The notes beneath the pieces were generated by a model. That model had not been told where the DNA came from, searched no databases, and saw only the letters and a program-made list of their open reading frames with translations. Below, in pieces: positions 60,317 to 64,000 of a DNA stretch of 64,000 nucleotides. Within the stretch, counting starts at the first letter, position 1, and each line of letters begins with the position of its first letter. The translations under genes were made by a program, and so were the position numbers. Source of the DNA: Phyllosticta citribraziliensis (lineage: Eukaryota); NCBI RefSeq assembly GCF_038025025.1, contig NW_027117348.1, positions 1,054,001 through 1,118,000 of the forward strand, read 5' to 3'.

Positions 60317-61306
60317 ACCAGTCACTGCATCATGTCAACTAGCTTGCAGAAGAACGGCCTGCAGGAGACAAGCCTGCAGGAGAAAAGCCTGCAGAAGATC
60401 CAGAGGAAGATGTGAAGATCAAGGTGGGAAATGAAGTAAAGATCGAGGGAGAGGAAAAGTAGGTACCGGCACTCCCGATGCGAGGTTTCGGAGTTTCGCA
60501 AAGCTGGCTGAATGCAAGCATCCTGACTGATCGCGCAAAGGACAGTACTTTCGGAAGGCCACAGAGGTTTGTGAAAGCCCCTCTTCTTCTTTGACCTTCG
60601 AGCTGATTCCAACGACAGTGGAGCACTCTGTTTGTTTGACTTTGGGATGAGCTGTCGCAGAGTTGGCCGATTTCTTGAAACCACGCGAATGCACACGAAA
60701 CATTCGCTGGATGACAGAGTTGAGCTCTTGAGCTCGGTGTTGCTCTGGAAGGCAGAGTAGACCCGCGGCAGGATGGCTGTTTGAGCCTGGCATTGCTCTA
60801 GGGCATCAGAGTAAGTGCATGATTGAGACTTGAAGGTCTTCGGAGCAGACCGAGGGGAGGAGGGTCGATCGATTACTCCCAAACTAGCAATGAAGGCTCC
60901 CTCGCTCCGGTTCTTGAAACTCATTGTGCTCTGTGACCTTGGTAGAAACGGAATGAATTCGATTGGCAGCCGCTGTACTATTGTTTGTCTTGACTTGTGT
61001 CAGTGAAGCTTGATACCACACACGCCGCCTAGGGAGGCACTCACTGGCCGCCAATGAATGCGTTTTGGGACGATGTGTTAACAGGCCAAGCGGAAGCGAA
61101 AGTTTTGAAAAAGAAGCGATGGGTGGCGCCGTTCTCCGGTGGCTCGGCATGCTGGCGGTGCGGAGGTGCTCCAACGGAGGGCGCAAGTCCGCTCACAACC
61201 CACCGTCCTACTAACACCAAACATCAAAAATCGAACATCGAACAACGTCGTCAAGGTACCGCTATCACAGCTGAATCTACGCAAACGCGTACTGACGCTT
61301 GTGAAG

Positions 61307-62571
61307 ATGCCGCCAGAATCGCCATCCCAGCAAGAAGGCGAGTTGTCTTCGTCGATCAGTGAGTTTTTCGCGTTTGTCGTGTCGCGTCCCGTCGCGTCGC
61401 TTGGTGTTGAGCCCCACTAACATGATCCAAGACACCACGAGGCCTGGCCAACCTCAACGTAAGTTCACTCTACGTCCCTTTGAACCATCTGCTCATGCCG
61501 CAAAGCAGAGCAAAACCCTGGTGCGCCTGATGGTCCACCTGCTGCCGCGCCCGTTGGTGCGCAGCCGCCCAAAGAGATCCCCACCCCCGAGAAGATCAGT
61601 AAGCGTCCTATTCCTCTACAATCCCGAACGCAGTATGATCTAACGTGTTTGGTTTTACAGTGGCTGTCTGTGGCCGCCAGGATGCATTGGTGAGCCAGTT
61701 TGGGAAGCACTTGCCCATACTGGATCCCCACGTGCCAACGGATCCGTTCGCGTTGGAGAAATGGCGGAAGATAAGGGATGAGAGGTATCGAATTGTGGAT
61801 CTCTGCAAGGAGCTCCAAGCACAGGAAGCCCATAGGCAGTCGAAGCAGGGTCAAGCCCACCCAACTCTCCTCAAGTCAACGGCCCCCCAGGCGCCCTCTG
61901 GCACCTCGAGCCCTGGCCAACCTCAAGGTAAGAACAGTCCATGTCCTTTTGAAGCATCTTCTCATGTCGCGTAGCAGAGCAAGCCCCCGGTGCACCTGCT
62001 GCTGCGCCGCCTGCTGCGCAGCCTCCGGCTGTTGACAAGCCGCCTCGCAGGCAATACACCGCCCAGGAGCGTCGTGAGTATCCCATGTCTCGGCCTTTGC
62101 TGAAGTACTGTCTAACACGCTCGGTTTATAGAAACCGCGATCAACGGTGTGAATCGTTTCGCGAGGCGTATGGGATGGGACTTGCCCATCCTTCCCACCT
62201 TGTTTCCACCCGAGGATCCGGTCCTGCGCGCTGAGTGGAACGAGATACGCGATGAAAGGGCTCGCATTGTCAAGCTCCTGAAGGCGCAGAAAGAGCGCGA
62301 GGCCGCGCAGTCGACGAACCAGAAGCCGGCGCCGCTCACGACGATGGCCCCCAAGGCCCCATCCGCCACCCGCGATGCGGCCTCTGGCACCTCGAGCCAG
62401 GTGATGCGTCTGGCATCATCGAGCACCATCGGCAAGCAGGAAGCTGATGCCCAGACGATGGCCGAGGGCGGAGAACTGCCGGAGGAACCGGACATGCAGA
62501 AGGAGAAGAGGAAGCGTGAGGACGAGAAGGACGGCGTTTCTGGCACGGTGTCGAAGAAGGCGAAGGAATGA
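61307..62571 (+). CDS. Multi-intron orphan gene built from two tandem ~470-bp units
   Basis: Repeated DNA CCTGGCCAACCTCAA-GTAAG...GCAGAGCAA at ~61443 and ~61912. Repeated peptide LPIL...(T/E)DP....(K/E)W..IRDER.RIV.L.K. Basic tail KRKR...KKAKE. Start uncertain. Confidence 0.55.
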
Positions 62572-63196
62572 TGGGGGGCTACTGTCCAGGACATTTGCGT
62601 GACTTCACGCCCAGAACCACGTAGCTCAATGAACCTTTGAGCTCAAACATCTGCTCCCCATGATTTCATTGTGATTCTGATGTACCAGTCTGCGGTCCCG
62701 GACGATGTTTGCGACCAAGCCGTTTGCCGCGGAGTTTGCAAAGCGTCTGCTTGTCGTCGACTGTTGAAATAGCTTCAGCAGTAGCAGCTGGCGCTTCTGC
62801 TCCCGACCTCTTTTCATACTGCCATAGGAAAGATCGAAGCCCTGAGTGATGGGACTTTTGCCGTCTTCGACGCTGGCGGTGGGACACTATACCAAGCGGT
62901 ATATGACTTGGGCCGCGGACCCTCGATGCTTGAGTGCATGGTGTTTTTTTCTGACCAAGGGAGCATGAATGCTCCCTGTCGTCTCCCATTCTCTCAGATT
63001 AACACAAATGCGGAGTCTGTGTTATTTTTTCCTGGTCGGCAGCGGAAGAAGAGGGTGCGCCAACGGCGAGCGGGTATAGAAGCGCCGCGCACCCAGCGCC
63101 CTCCAACTCCAAACACCAACATACAGGCACAGCCTTTTCGCGAACACCACGAAGTTGCGACCTCGGCGCCGTGGTCTTGCGATTTCGACTTCGCAA

Positions 63197-63916
63197 ATGG
63201 CTCCGCCCTCTCCTCCGCCAAAGGATTGCTCGCCTGCCGGTAAGATGTCGCTCGAAACGCGTCGTATTGAGCTCCACTGACAGATTTGCAGACAATGATA
63301 GCTCTGGAAAGCTTGAAGGTCAGCATAAGTCAGCTCCAAAGGCCGCAGAATTCACTGACTCTTTCTTCAGAGCAAATCCCCGCCGCGAAACCTGCCAGCT
63401 CCGAGCGCCCCAAGTCCTACCAATACACGGACGACCAAATTCGTAAGAGAAGCGCCCTCTCATGATACCAGCCACCATCTGCTGACGATTTCGACAATAC
63501 AGGACAGTCTCGCGATGCTCTTGAAGATCTGGCGAAGGCTTTGGGATTCGGGATGCCCGGGCTTGTCAACCTGCACCCGCCTCCCGGCTACTGCGGATGG
63601 TACACCCAGACAAAGAGCGTCATCGAGCGGGAGCGTGCATATTCGATGGCCAAGATCGAGGCTTGGTGTGAAGAGCAGCGTGCGTGTCAGATGGCCAAGG
63701 TCGAGGCCTGGTATCGAGGAGCTCAGAAACATCGCGGCTGCAGAGGCCGCCGGCCAGACCAACGCTGATGGCAGGGCTACGGGCCAAGGCAGGGCTCCAC
63801 CATTGTTACCGACGTTGGCGAACGGAAAGAGGAAGCATATGGAGGAGGTCGACAGTGTTGATGGCTCCGTTGCGGGTCCAAAGACAAAGGCCACCAAGAT
63901 CGAGGCAAAGAAGTGA
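63197..63916 (+). other. Possible degenerate orphan gene with a 42-bp internal repeat and NLS-like tail
   Basis: Peptide repeat (E/Q)RA..MAK(I/V)EAW occurs twice; tail KRKHMEE...DGSVAG...K resembles that of 61307-62571; frames do not join simply. Confidence 0.3.
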
Positions 63917-64000
63917 TTGCGGAGGCTGCCGACGAGAAAGTTGCTGCGTTTGGATGCCCAAAATTACCAGGTAGCCCAATGAACCTTATTTGAGCGCCAC

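Overview
Eukaryotic, intron-containing, GC-rich DNA from a filamentous ascomycete (GT-AG introns with CTRAC-type branch sites; no prokaryotic operons, rRNA or tRNA recognised). Conserved housekeeping genes form two blocks. Block 1 (1-19.4 kb): Ssp1/Sak1-type kinase, AROM-derived DHQase-I/QutR-like gene, Zn2Cys6 transcription factor, Grx5, PPC decarboxylase, AFG1-like ATPase. Block 2 (37.8-47.5 kb): Ahc1-like, MLH3, a conserved hypothetical gene. Two accessory islands interrupt them. Island 1 (~21.5-35.4 kb) holds six co-oriented paralogues sharing an intron-free ~150-aa C-terminal domain whose motif order resembles the PemK/MazF/ToxN endoribonuclease fold, each fused to a different low-complexity N-terminus. 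The first two paralogues are followed by non-coding tandem arrays with ~36-38-nt units, reminiscent of bacterial type III toxin-antitoxin loci (hypothesis only). Island 2 (~48.4-64 kb) holds a three-member double-CCHC-knuckle family (two copies with RGG tails) that is largely hidden in the ORF track by a conserved phase-2 intron, four BTB/POZ-like paralogues (two disrupted), and an internally duplicated orphan gene. Gene models and family calls were made by eye; no database searches were run.
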